A stretch of 64,000 nt of DNA from Squalus acanthias (lineage: Eukaryota), in assembly GCA_030390025.1 (NCBI GenBank), contig CM059433.1, forward strand, positions 16,122,001 to 16,186,000, read 5' to 3'. Of the stretch, positions 1 to 13,199 are shown piece by piece (position 1 is the first letter of the stretch; each line of letters begins with the position of its first letter). The notes below the pieces were generated by a model. It worked only from the letters and a program-made list of their open reading frames with translations. It did no database searches and was not told the DNA's origin. A program made the translations under genes and the position numbers.

Positions 1-327
1 CTATTAAATAGCTACAATATATGGACTGGGACAATATACCATACTTTTGGTACTTAAATGCTCAGTAGTGCACTTTATGTATTGGAATTGGTAGTGTAAA
101 GCACTGAACAGTAGCTGCTAAATTTGTGGCACTTGGAGAAGATTCCAATCCAGTCATGCACCATAGTAATGTGGGACTATTTGGGGTGTAACTACAGCAG
201 CAGCAGAAGTCTAACCACATGATTGGACAATCTCAAGGGGCACTCTGTTCTATGGAAGTTAGCCCTGACATAAAGCATTAACAAGAAATAAAATAAATCA
301 CCCACGGTTTATTCACAGTTTCACGTA

Positions 328-445
328 AGTTTCCTACATTATAACAGTGACTACACTTCAAAAAAGTACTTCATTGGCTGTAAAGTGCTTTGGGACATCC
401 GGTGGTTGTGAAAGGCGCTATATAAAAGCAAGTCTTTTCGTTCTT
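328..445 (+). mobile_element. SacSINE1-like DeuSINE, 3' fragment
   Basis: tttcctacattataacagtgactacacttc...aaaggcgctatataaaagcaagtc matches the 3' end of full copies elsewhere in the window. Confidence 0.85.
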
Positions 446-680
446 TCTATAAATGGTGAAAAGTACTAGAATTTGCTGAAATTTTCACAACATAAATGGC
501 ATTAAGAGACAATTGCATTCATGAACCAACCTAAAAAATGAAGTTATTAAGCCAGATCAGGTTTTAAATGTTCCACGGATAAACATGTGGCAGGCTCTAT
601 GCACAACTTAAAATGAACTCATTCTACTTTCTTAAATCAAAATCCTTGAGAGTACAAAATGCAACAATCTTGTTTTACAG

Positions 681-1530
681 GTGACAACAATAAATTAAGA
701 TATCCCCAGAACCAAGAAAAGTGCCTTGGAAAACAACAGGGAAACAAATTGATCTCAATACCTTTATAACATATTCCATTGTGAACAAAGATTTATTTTT
801 GCAAACGGATGGATTACTTCCATAAACTCCTTAATGTGCATTTTGTATGTTGTCAACATTGTTTCTGTAATTCTGTACATTCATATAAATAACTGCCAAT
901 GTTACAAAGGCTTAACATTTAAGAAAATAATAACACTTCACTGTTTCTCTGTGTAATGCTGCCAAAAATTGCACAAATGCTTTCTTGTTCAACAAATGAT
1001 GTTTGGAACATTCTTTTGTATTAAACATTGAGAAACTCAGATACTGTTCAAGGCAAGGCTAATGTATCCTAAATTTACTGTAGGATTTTTTCATGCTTGA
1101 GAGTGCTGGTTATCTTTACTTGTCATATGTAATGCTTATGCAGTTTAAAACCATTTGCTGCATCATAACACAGCAAAATATTGATATAATAGAATGTTTG
1201 GGGTCGCCCTGTACTCCAAGGGTTAAATTATGGTTTGCATGACATTTTTCTTGCCTTTGTCGTTACAAAATTTAATATTTTAAAACAACACTGTTAGGTT
1301 AGTACAATGCTGGTTATGGTTTACATTCTCTGAGCTGAAAAAAGACGTTTGTGAGCAATTATCTTTTCTCTAACACAGTGGAGTGTCATTTGTACAGAAA
1401 TATACAAGCTAATGTCATTAGTCACTGTACATTAAGATTTATAAACATTCCAGCTAACATGTGCAATATGTATATATTGTAAAGACCTGAATATATATCA
1501 GTTATAAAATAAAGTGTTTGGTATTTGACA
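681..1530 (+). other. Possible terminal exon/3'UTR of a convergent neighbouring gene (ALKAL2 by mammalian synteny)
   Basis: Acceptor-like tcttgttttacag|gtga at 680/681, then AU-rich sequence without a recognisable repeat, AATAAA at 1508-1513 and GT-rich sequence downstream. No diagnostic coding sequence seen. Confidence 0.3.
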
Positions 1531-2174
1531 CAGACTGGACTGAGTGCTTTTTGTATACATTCCCAGGTTGTTACTACATGGTTTCAAACCACTTTTTTCA
1601 ATCATTGATTTACTACAGAGGATGTCAGTTTTTCTGAACTCCAGACAGACCTTGGGTTTACCTAAACCAATGTACCTTTCCTAAAATCATTCAAATAAAT
1701 GGAAGTGCACAATATTTAATTAGAAGGCAATATATAATGTAGTCATATTCATTTATATAAAATTTAGGATGTACTATTCTGAATAATTAGTCAAAAACGA
1801 CTTATACAAGAGCCCGATACAAGCAGAACCCCAAGAGAGGATGACACTTGGAGTCATGTTTCATTGTCTATTTTTAGTCCCAATGCTTGATACATTTGTA
1901 TTTAATAGCCACTTTCAAATCCACATTTCTGTCCAATGTCACCTTTTCAATCCATTAAGAGCCTTCTGCTCTTTGTATTTTACCATTGGACAACAGATTA
2001 TCAGCTATAACTGAAGTCAACAGGATTAATAATATCCCAGTTATACTGCATGCCTGGTGCGATCTTTAACACAGGACTAACAACAAATATGGAGTAGAAT
2101 GTTGCTAATTCCATAGAAATCAGAAATTTAGCACTGATAAATTATGAGATCACCTGGAAGATATGATCTTGAAC

Positions 2175-2600
2175 TGTGTCAGCTTGATTCAGTTGGTAGC
2201 AATCTCACCTCTGAATCATACGGTTGTTGGTTTAAAACCCACTCCAGGACTTGAACACGTAGTCTAGGCTGACTCAATGCAGCACGAAGAAAGTGCTGGA
2301 TTCCCAGAAGTGCCATCCTTGGATGATAAATGACTGCCTCTTTAGGCAGTTGTAACAATCACATGGCACTATTTGAAAAAGAACAGGGAATTCTGAAGAC
2401 CTACCCAATATACCTTTCTTGATCAATCCCAAAAACAGATTAACATATATCTTATTGTGGGATCTTGCTGTGTGTGAAATGACTGTCATACTTTCCCACA
2501 TAACAATAGTCACTGCACATCAAAGAAATTCATGCTATGTGATGCATTTTTAAATTTTTCTAGGAGATGTGATGAGGCACTATGTAAAATGCAACTTTTT
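2175..2600 (+). mobile_element. SacSINE1-like DeuSINE, old full-length copy
   Basis: tRNA-like head (gtcagcttgattcagttggtagc), degenerate Deu core and tail; colinear with 25037-25494. Confidence 0.8.
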
Positions 2601-3570
2601 TTGCTAGCACTGTGCATAGTGAAACCACTGAACAATTTATGCTTGAAACTTTAAAGAGTAAAGTATAAAATTACTCAACAGCCTGCAGTACTACCATCCA
2701 ATTTCTAATGATTGGAACGAGCTGATTATCCCATCAGTTCTTCTCAGTCACTAGAGATCTTACTGCCAATTATGCGCTAGTAATTAGCATGCCATGAATG
2801 TACTTGAGTATGCAAAAACATGGAGCTTTATCATCAGGGAGGTTCATCACATAGGGAAACCTTTAGTATTTTTAATTTCTATGTATAGTCTTCTTTGCTG
2901 GTCAGCTTTAATTTGGCTTACTGAAAATCAAACTTGCATTCTCCGTTGCGACTGGGAATGCTACTGGGGTCAGTCTGTCTTTTGTGATGGTGGGTGACTG
3001 CAAGGAATCATTGGAACACTTCAGGTCTATGGCAGACTTAACTGGCCTGAGGAGTATCTGGTGCCCATCGTCTGTCCTAATGGCTGTACAGTCTGAAATG
3101 GCATTTATTCCTATGAAATAGTTTAACAAGATAAGTCTATTAGATGAGTCAAGAAGACATTAATATGCTGATGTTTTATTTGCAACCTCGTCTGCATGCT
3201 TGTTTCGTTCAGTCAAGTGATCAGTTAAATGAAATGGATTTTACAACTAGATAAAAAATAGATTTTTCTCCAATCCCTATTAGATGGGCATTATTGACAC
3301 TCTAGGGGTATTGGAGCTGCAGACATTTTCTACGTCTTTAAGTTTCTACACGATTGTCAGATGTATTTCATTTTGGAGGGGCAGTGTGGAAAAAGAATCT
3401 CATAAAGCTATCGTGAAGGGAACTATTTATTAAGGGTTGCATCTTTTTATTACTTTCTAACTCCAATGAGGAATAGTTTAATTGCTACTGTTACTTTTAA
3501 TAAGGTTGTTTATAGCCTAAGCCAGTCTGAGACAGTGTTTATTCTATGAAATTTGAGAGATCACGAGAGG

Positions 3571-3880
3571 ACCAAAGCAAAATACTGCAGATGCAGGAAA
3601 TCTGAAATACAAACAGAAAATGCTGGAAACATTGAGCAGGTCAGGCAGCATCTGTGGATAAAGAAGAGTTAACGTTTCAGGTCGATGACCTTTTACGAGA
3701 ATTGGAAGATGTTAGAGATAAATGGCTTTTAAGCAAGTACAGAGTCGGGGAAAAAGGGGTCAGGGAAAGAACAAAAGTGATGATGGTGCAAGGCAAAAGG
3801 GAGCAATAATGGGATAAGTATAGAAACAAAAGATGGTTCCAGAGGAGGTGTAAATAGTTACAGCAGAATAACAGAGGGGA
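3571..3880 (-). mobile_element. Penelope-like element terminal repeat plus flank, with degenerate hammerhead motif (3667-3703)
   Basis: caaagcaaaatactgcagatgc...gagttaacgtttcaggtcgatgacc, the same family as 18190, 32284, 35041 and 57582. Confidence 0.7.
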
Positions 3881-4399
3881 GGGGAGCATGGAAAATCCGG
3901 TAAAATGGAGAAGGCTCCTGTGGTCGGGGATTGTGGCAGAAGAAAGGCAGGTAGACCCCCGGGGTGTGGACCACCGACAGAGGATCCCTACCCCAAGCAC
4001 TAGCCCACACCTCCTCCACTGAAAGATCATGAGGGCTTGTTTCCTGTCCAGTAAGCTAAACATAGCAACAAAGGTTCATGTCTCTAAGGAATGCTATATT
4101 GTCAGATATACAAAGTCCGATATAACAAAACAAATTTCAGTTTGTAGGAAGTGAGGGCTTGCTTATAGGAGTAATTTTTAAACACAGCAAGCAAGACAAA
4201 TACCCAGGTAAAGCTCAAAAAACAGAAATGTGAGTGCACAATATAAGCACAGATCCCTACTCACGTCAATGTTAATAATCCAGTTGATGCCTGCGCTGCA
4301 GCATAATTGGGGTATTAATGTCTGTAACTCATTGCCTTTGTCCAGTGAAACAACAGGATGCTTTCATAGACACCTCCTTTCAACTAATAAGGATGGCTG

Positions 4400-4692
4400 G
4401 GGGCGTGGCGGGGGTGGAGGGATCTGGTGAAAATAACATAAATCTGAAGAGAAATGAAATAGGAGATGAGAGTAAAGGTCAGACCAAGGTAAGGAACAAG
4501 GGTAACATAAACGATATCAGGGAACAAAAGTATAAATGACCGTTAAAAATAAAGTAATAGGAACAACTGCTAAAGATGAATTAAACTGCCTGTACAGCGA
4601 TGTACACAGAATCCAAAATAAAACGGGGGAACTGCAGGCAGTAATCCGTCGCGAGGAACCAGATGTAGTAGGAATAACTGAAACATGGCTTC
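4400..4692 (+). mobile_element. CR1 LINE fragment, start of ORF2 endonuclease
   Basis: ORF 4536-4760 contains LNCLYSDVHRIQNKTGELQAVIRREEPDVVGITETWL, a typical AP-endonuclease N-terminus. Confidence 0.8.
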
Positions 4693-6819
4693 ATATTATT
4701 GAAACCTTTTCTTCTTGTAATTTGTGTCAACTTCTGATAAACACAAGATTGAAAGGTTGAATCCCTACTTCTCATCTTGCCTTGGACAGATCTGTCCTCT
4801 GGAAAGCATTTGTCCCACATGAAGAGCAATTTAGGTACATCTATCAAAAGCAATTAAAAATAATGAAAAATATTTGTGCCTTGTTCTTCATGATCTTTTG
4901 AAGAACTAGTTCTATGAACAATGTGTGGACATGGATTCTGTGCATACCAACTATAACCTTTAATTTTAATAAGCTTTCCAACACTTTTAATGACCTGGTC
5001 CCTTTTGTCGATTGAACCTATTATGCAGTTGGAGTATCCCCTAAGAGACTTATTTGAAGGAATCTTGCTCGCTAAGTGACAAAAAGCTTTTACTTAGATT
5101 TTAAACCTTACAGTCTGGGTGATGTACAAGCAGCCAGGGTTCCTCAACTTGATGCTGCGGACATTATGAAGTGCTGCTTCTTCGTACTTTGCCTCTCAGA
5201 TAAAAGGCTGGCACTCTCTCCCATCCCCCACCACAAAGCTTGCTCTGATTTCTCCCCTCCAAAGCACTTTTTCCAGATTCTACCTCGTTCCCTCTCCCCT
5301 TCATTATCACTCATTCCCCTTTTCATTGTCATTCATTGCCCCCTTTTATTACCATCCGTTCCATTTTCCCCGTCATCCATTTCCCTCACACTGGCTTCTA
5401 CCCAAGAACCGTGGCTAATGCACCAGAACAAGTATCTGTCTCCTTTCTGTGCCACTCCCAGTGCCAATTGGCCAGATTGTGATATCTATATACTGTAGGG
5501 CAAAATTACAGTGCTTGCAAGAGTTTCTGATTACAGGTTGAAATACCAACCATTAGTGCTGAAAGCAAGGAAGATAGAAGGCCCACACCTGGTCTAATAT
5601 ATTAACTAGCTGAATCAGGAAGAATGGGACTGTGGGGGAGGGAGAAGAGGGGAGTGGATGAGGGGTCTGGCTGCACTGATTTTTGTCACCAAACACTGAC
5701 ACACTGAATGGGTCCCCAAAATGGCTAACTGCCAGTGTGAAATGCTGAAAGTTGGCATATACGCTGAAAGACTTCATGTTATAGACATCTATGGGCATAC
5801 TTTGATTTCTCTTCAGATCATGTAAATCTTATATTTTTTACTAAAGATTTGCATGGGGTGGCACCTACGTAAAGCATTCAGTGAGAAAGAGAAAGGCATG
5901 TTTCTAACCTCAAAGAGATTCTTGTATGTTCTGAGCTGAGCTAGTCTGAGTCAAACTATATTGGTTCCAAAAACATGCCTTAAATAGCCTGATGATATAT
6001 TGTCCAGTGATGTTGGGGAAACCAATAATGAGTGCAGTGTGAATGTCACTTTGGACACTAGTGATAGCCTTGGGTCTGGGTCTTTTCCTGGAACTGAATG
6101 CAGCTAACAGTACTGTCCAAGTATAATAGCTTGGACTTTCCAGTGATAGCCACCTGTTATAGTTGTGTTTATCAAGCAGCCGGTAAAGGAAACTGGGTGG
6201 GAGATCCTTCCCATTAGAAATCTGTCGACTTTGTGCTGCAGTGAAGTTTCAGTTTCACAACTGACTGCTGCATAGAAGGGGAAAAGGGGTAAGCAGAGGC
6301 AAGCACCCACCTCTAATAAGCAGGTGTTTCAATAAGATGCATTTGAGAGCTGGAACATCCTTCATGCCATGTCTTTGTATTAGGGTGGAGAGGTTGTCAA
6401 GTCTAAAGGATGCCCATTTGAAAGGGTTGCTGGCAATAAACTGTGGAGATAGCTAATTTAAAGGACTGAGGTAACAAAACTTCAATCCTTTACATTTCAG
6501 TCATTAGGCTGTTTTTGTAATTTTCTTCTGGCACTCAGGCTCTCGTATGCCTTTGTGGCAACTCAGTTGTTCTCTGCCCTTCCAGCACCATTACTGGCAC
6601 CAATGGGAAACCCATTCAGCCATGATCTCATTGAATGGTGGAACAGGCTTGAGGGGCTAAATGGCCTACTCCTGTTCCTATGTTCCGTTGATCTGAAGTG
6701 TTTGTTAGAATTGAAAGACCTACAGAAGAGAGTCAGGCAGGTCAGGCTGCACAAGAGATGCTCTAAAACTGCTTCAATAGAGGTTACTGTTGAAAGTCTT
6801 AGCTCAGATTAAGGTGATT

Positions 6820-8410
6820 AAAACTGGATCTGTTTCCATTTATCCAAGAATGCTAAGGGAAATGGATGATGTATTACGTGAGCCACTGGATCACATTCAA
6901 TAGCTCAGTGAGATTTGGACTGGCTCCCATGAATTGGAGCGAGGTTCATGCGGTCCCATTGTTTAAAAGAAATCAGTCCCTGGGAATTATAGACTATGAA
7001 TTTGACATGGTAGCAGGAAAGCATTAAATGGGATGTTATTTATGATAATTTGAAGAGTTAAGCAGTTATTGGAGCTCCCCAGCATGGCTTCAGGAAATAT
7101 AGGTCAGCTTTATTAACCTGAGAGTTCTTTGACGAAGTGATCACTATGGTGGATGATGGCACTTCTGCTATTGATAATACACACCTTGATATACAGAAAG
7201 CATTTGATAAAGTACTGCGTAGAAGGTTATTGAATAAAATTATGTCAAATGCAATTATCGGATAGATATTATACTGGATAGGTAACTGGTTGAGATCTTG
7301 TGGGCAGAAGCTTGTCATTAATAGGAGTGGATCTGAATGATGCCAAGTTCACGAGTGGATTACTATAAGGTTAAGTGTTGGGACCATTTCTGTTTACCAT
7401 TTTCATTAATGATTATGATGCCATAAATGGAACCATTCATTAATTGCTGATGACATGAAAATGTGTACAGGAATCCATAGCTTGCTGGCTGATGTAGAAA
7501 AGTTAGCAAATGGAACTGTGAGTGGCAGATAGCCTTTAATGTGGACAAATGCAGTGGCATGCATTTGGAGTTAGAAAACTCCAGACCTATCTATTCCATG
7601 CAGAGATACCTGTTGAGGATAACAGATCAAGAGACAGACTTGGAGATAATTGCTGATCACTCACTAGAGGTGCACAACTAGTGTAAAGTGGTTATAAGTA
7701 AAGCAAATAGCTGGACCGTTACGTATAAAAAGATCACTTAGGCTATATAAAGCTTCTTTATGTCCGTACTTGGAGCTTTGTGACAAGTTTTGGTATTTAC
7801 ACATGGTGAAGGATATCGATGCTGAGGATACTATGCAGAGTGATCCCTAACTTAAGGATTGTTATGAGGATAGAGTTAGCACTATTTACTTTAGAGAAAT
7901 AAAGGTTTCTAAGGGACATGTTTGAGATTTTTAAAATAATGAATTGATTGGACTCATCAGTTGGATAGGTTATTTGAGATGAATAGGAATGAGAGGGCAT
8001 AAGCAAAGAATTAGGTTAGATGCTAGAAAGTATTTCTTTTTGCAGAGTGATCACTGCCTGGAACAGCCTACTTGCACATGTGAAGGGTATGGATTAACTC
8101 GTCTGTTGAAAGGAAACTTGACAAGTTCCTGAGTGAGAAGGACATTTCCAGTTGTACAGTGTGAGTTGCTAGCTAGTTGTAATTTCTAGGAGTTACGGGC
8201 TACCACAATTCCCTGGAACTTTAGTTGGGGAGTCAGAGAAGAATTTCCCAGAGAATTTCCTAAGTTGACTTTCGGGGCTTTCCTCTAACTTTTTGCCATT
8301 CTAGATTACATTGCTAGGGGGTGGGTCAATGATATGTGTGGTTGTACCATGTCGGTATGGGTCAGGCTTCATGGGTCTGATGATCTTTTCCTGTCCTTCT
8401 TTTCATCAGT
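6820..8410 (+). mobile_element. Old, heavily decayed CR1 LINE (RT region to 3' tail)
   Basis: Remnant RT motifs such as gatatacagaaagcatttgataaagta (DIQKAFDKV) and cgtacttggagctttgtg (HLEYCV-like); many stops and frameshifts. Confidence 0.8.
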
Positions 8411-9299
8411 TCATATGCATGTATCAATACTGACAGATTGTCATTCATTTGTATTGTATCAGACATTTCTTTTTCTTGAGATTCAGAATGATTCCTGAAT
8501 CCATGTGGTTAAAACAAGATCTATGCTCTTTCAGTGAAGGTCTTATTCTCATTCCAAATACTTTCAGGAGATTTTGAAGCACCTATGGATGAATCAGAAA
8601 TCAATGGGTGGATTGATATATTGGGCTCTGTGATATAACTTCTCCCTTGAACACATTATGCTCACATCTCTCAAGTCTGGCTTTAGAAAGCACAGCTGTG
8701 AATCAGATGATCTTCTTACTTCATGCATTGGGAAAATTAAGCACCGATATTACGTGGCAGATTGAGAAATATTTGGCGCAGTTGCTATAATGTTTTTATG
8801 TAACTATCTGATCTTCTTTAACATTAATCACAGATAGTCTGGGATCTGGAACATATTCAAGATTTTCATCTACTAATCTGGCCAGTCCTTTTAAGGCCCC
8901 TACCCTAAATAAAAAAAATCCAGGGAATGTTAGCTACTTCTAAACGGCTGAGCTCAAACAGAGGGCATTTCATTTCATGAAAATTTCAGGTCCGGGTCAA
9001 TGATTGACTAGTTTTCTCTTTTGCTTAATGATTATTTTGCATCAGTAATGAAGTGTGATGTCTGGAGTAGATACATGCTAGTTTTTTTTTAATATACAGT
9101 ATCCTGTGGTGTTGCTGTTGATGAGTAAGAGGTTTTTCAGATTAGGGCTGTTATGCCAAGTAGCATGATCAGGGACATTGATTTATCAGCATAGGAAGCA
9201 GCCCTGGAAAAGGGAGCAATTGGAAGGGTGCCCAGGGTCTGACAATACTGGGATGAGGTCTTGAGGTCTAGCAGTACTTTGAGGGGGTACAAGGGTATA

Positions 9300-9660
9300 G
9301 AAATACTGGGAGGTGGTCCTGGGATTAGAGGCACTGCACAGTAGGGGATCTGGTGACTTTGCAGCAGATTCTGGGATCTGGGATGACTGGGAGGTGGTCT
9401 TCGGATCAGGGAACACTGAGAGGTGGTCTTCGGACCAGGGAACACTGAGAGGGATGCTCCTGGGAGCATAGGAAGCAGTACAGGGATCTGGGGACACTGG
9501 AAATGCAGTCTAAGGGACTGTAAGCACCACGAAGGGGTTGGTAACTGAGGCAGGGTGAAATTGAGGAGCTCATCGGGTCCATAGGATGAGAGGGGGTTTG
9601 GGAGTACTGGGGGGATAGACTCTGACAATATTGGGGATTGCTAGGTCTGGAAGTGCAGGA
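9300..9660. repeat. Degenerate ~29-30 bp G-rich minisatellite
   Basis: Near-perfect 29-bp tandem pair gaggtggtcttcgga(t/c)cagggaacactga at 9391-9419 and 9420-9448, flanked by diverged units. Confidence 0.65.
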
Positions 9661-11469
9661 GGCATGGGACACCAGAAATATGCAACCAAAACTGCCCTTC
9701 ACTGTTTTTGTGCCATCAGGCAACACTTCCAACACCATGTTCCTGCCCGTTAGTCTCCTCCCCTGACTTGTACACGGCCTCTTGTGAGTGGTCAGGCATT
9801 CCCCCACTTTTCTTGTCATCAACCAGTTCCTGTCTCTATGTTCCTGCCTTAAAGCAGTTAGTGCACTATTAGTGAGTTTGCAAACTATAATTATAGTCTT
9901 TACTAAACATAAATTTCTATAAAAGAACCAAAAATCACCTCAAATTGCTCCAAAGTTTATCATTTATGTAGTTTTCAAATTATTAATATTTAAAATTGAT
10001 CCTCATGAAGCGAGGATGGTTCAGAACAGATTTTTTTAAACTGAATTTTCAATCAAAATGAAAAAGGGAGTGACTTGCTATGACTGACATGGACAGCAGC
10101 CAATCAGAAGGAATCCAATAATTGAATCTCATCTTTTAGTTGGGTTTAAATTATTTGAAAAAGTAAACTAACAGCTCTTCCACCTTTAGACTGAGCAAAA
10201 AAAAAATTCTCAATAAACCATCTTGGATTTTTTTTCTCTATATTTGTTTTGTATAGGTCAACAAAGAAGCCACAGATGCTGCTAATCACAGTTGTCTGTT
10301 GAGAGTCCATATAAGAAAATTAGCTGTTAATATTTTAAATGTGAGACTTGCCTGAAATAAAGCTTTGAGAAAAAGAACAAAACACTCTTAAATCCCTACA
10401 GGGAGGAGACACACATTTCTGATTCAATTCAGAAACCTACTGATGCATATTGCACATGCTCAGAATACACAAGTGAAGAATCTCTTCAAGTGTTCTGGTA
10501 GAAAAAAAGTGTCAAAACCCAGGCTTTTAAAACAAGCTGAGGCCTTGAAGTAAAAGGTTTAGTTGAAAACCTACTCAAATTAGTCATCCAGTTTGCATTC
10601 AAATCCTTTACAAAAATACACAAATTGTTAAAGGCAAAAACAAAATTTGACTTTTTCACTGAAAAATATTAGAACATTTATAATTTAAACATTATCAAAA
10701 GCTGCATACATGTGTATAATCAGTACAGGGTCATATTTTAAATGGGCTTTTTTTTTTTTTTACACACACTTGCTAAAGTTTACCGGAATTAAACTTGCAA
10801 TTTGCATTCCAACCTTTCTTTAAATAATTCTGAAAAACAAATATTGCTACAAGCTGAAGAGAATCATGTCAGCACTGTGGCTGAATAAATATTACTCATG
10901 CATCCTAGGAAACTCTACATGTTACATATGCTCAAACTGTAGGATCTACGTTAACTAACTAGGGATACAGTCCCGAGTATAAAATCCAACTCTAAGCTTA
11001 TGGGAGATGCTGAAGCCTTCAAATGTACATCTTAATGAAGGCATTAAATGACACAAAAGTCAATTCAATGGATAACTGTAATCATATAATTGTGATTTTT
11101 TTTATGTTTTAATTAGTTACCAATAAAAAAAAAGGGACTTTTTTCTGCAAAAAGCCTTTTGAGTGATTGGACTGGTTTACTGTCTTTAAAAAAAAATCAA
11201 TTATGTATCAAGGTTCTATTGAAAATGGATGCATGCCAGAGGACTGGAAAGTGGCCAATATAAGTATCAATTTTCAAAAAGTGAGACAGAACTAACCCAT
11301 GTAGTTACAGTGCTACATCAGTGGTAGGGAAAAGTTTGTAATCTGTCATTAAAGATGAAATTACTTATTATCTAGATGAAGAGAAAATAATTAGAAATAA
11401 CAAACATGGTCGAGTGGGACCTGGCGTGGGATAGGACACAATCAGATATGGGCTCCCTCCAATTCATAC

Positions 11470-11810
11470 CCCTTAATCTTCTCCTAGCTAGCCTCCCATT
11501 CTCTACCCTCCATAAATTTCAGCTTACACAAAATTTCACTGGCCGTATCCTCTCACACCAAGTCCCACTTGCCCATTACCCCCATACTCGCTGACCTACA
11601 TTGGCTCCCAGACTCCACCTGCCTCCCACCCCACAATTTAAAATTCTTATCCCTGTGTTCAAATCCCTTCATGGCCTTGCCTCTCCCCATCTCTAACTTC
11701 TTCCAGCCCTATAACCCTCCCCCCAACTCTCTGCTTCTGGTCATTTGGGCTTCCTCCCCACCTCCCTTGGTCATAAAGACGCTGTATAAATGCAAGTTGT
11801 TGTTGGTGTA
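11470..11810 (+). mobile_element. L2-clade LINE 3' fragment, preceded by a CR1 fragment at ~11220-11410
   Basis: ORF PITPILADLHWLP...LKF is a typical L2 ORF2 C-terminus; tail aaagacgctgtataaatgcaagttgttgttg. Confidence 0.8.
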
Positions 11811-13199
11811 ATAAAATCCTGAATTCTTTCTTCCAAAATTGTAGCTGTCAAGATGAAAAAAGTTAGACATTTAAAACTGAACAATAAGCAAATGTTGGAA
11901 AGAGAAACATGATTCTTTTATATACCAGTCAGAAATAAGACATAGGCAAAGAGTATAGGTGCCCGATGTCAAGATTTCTAAATAAAATTGTTGCTCACTG
12001 TTGCAAAGTCCATTCCTGGAATACACCGTGGTGGTCAAGTTACTGAACTTTCTGCCTGGTTTTTCTTACTGTGTGAATTTAGACAGTCATCCAAATGGAG
12101 GTAATCATAAAATATTGTACCTTTTAGCATCTTTATCACAGTCATATGAATAATAATGTCTCTAATTGGTGTTGAATAAGGCCTTGTTCTAGATGTGTAA
12201 CCTAGTTCTTTTGAAGAAGGTATCATCAGAGGGTAGATGTGAGGTGAATAAACACAAAATTATACGCTCCACCGTAGATCAGAGAAAGTGATTTGTATTC
12301 AGATGTTGAGCTACATTCAGGTAGGTGATCTTACATTCATTCACCTTCCACATAGAAATGTATCATACCAAAGTAGAAAAATAATAAAAATGGGAATCTG
12401 TGACTCCAGCATGAGGCCAGCTTGGTATACCCAGTTGTTGACTCGAGTGCTCAGATGAAGACAGTAATGCATCTACGGTGAATACAGAGAAGCCCTTTAC
12501 CATATTGACTCACAAAGTGGCCACATTGTGAATAGAGCAACTTTACTTGACCAATGTAAATATATTTAGCCATACATTACTGGCTAATGAGTTTGCCTGA
12601 AGTTTTGCTATTAAATAAAGCTAACAATTGCCTAGACTGGCAAATATCCTTGTTCTGTCTGTCCCGAAAGCTAAAGTACTATAAACAAACATTGACAAAT
12701 TATACTTCCTCTCCATAAAGGAAGCATGTGGTGGCAGATAAAACTTAGTTATTGTAATCTTCTTGGACAGATGAAATTCAAACAATTTTAGGAAAAAGAT
12801 TTGAATTCAGGCTTAGGATTGGTCTATCTAAAGTGCCTAGTACAATAAGGGAGGTCAAACATGAAGTTTTGCTGCTTTGTGTGCCAATGTAAGAGCAACA
12901 AATATGATGGATTTCAAAGGAAGGAAATTAAAATCACAAGATCATGGGTTCAAATGGGTCAGATGTCAGTTTGTGAAGAATAAAGTTCAGGTCTTGCTGA
13001 TAAATAAAAGGCTTAAGCTTCCAGGCATCTTTTATAAACCTTGACAACATAAAATGTTCTCCAATTGAATTCCACTGACAGGGAAAGGCAATATACTGTA
13101 ACAGCATGAATGTAGACTTAAAACTAGGTAACACACACAAAGATAGTAACAACTTCAGGAAAAATATACCCTAAGTGATTAAAGGAATTATTTTGTCAT

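Noticed and set aside
9137..9822. Overlapping 103-163 aa minus-strand ORFs
   Set aside because: Low-complexity products of a C-rich repeat strand.
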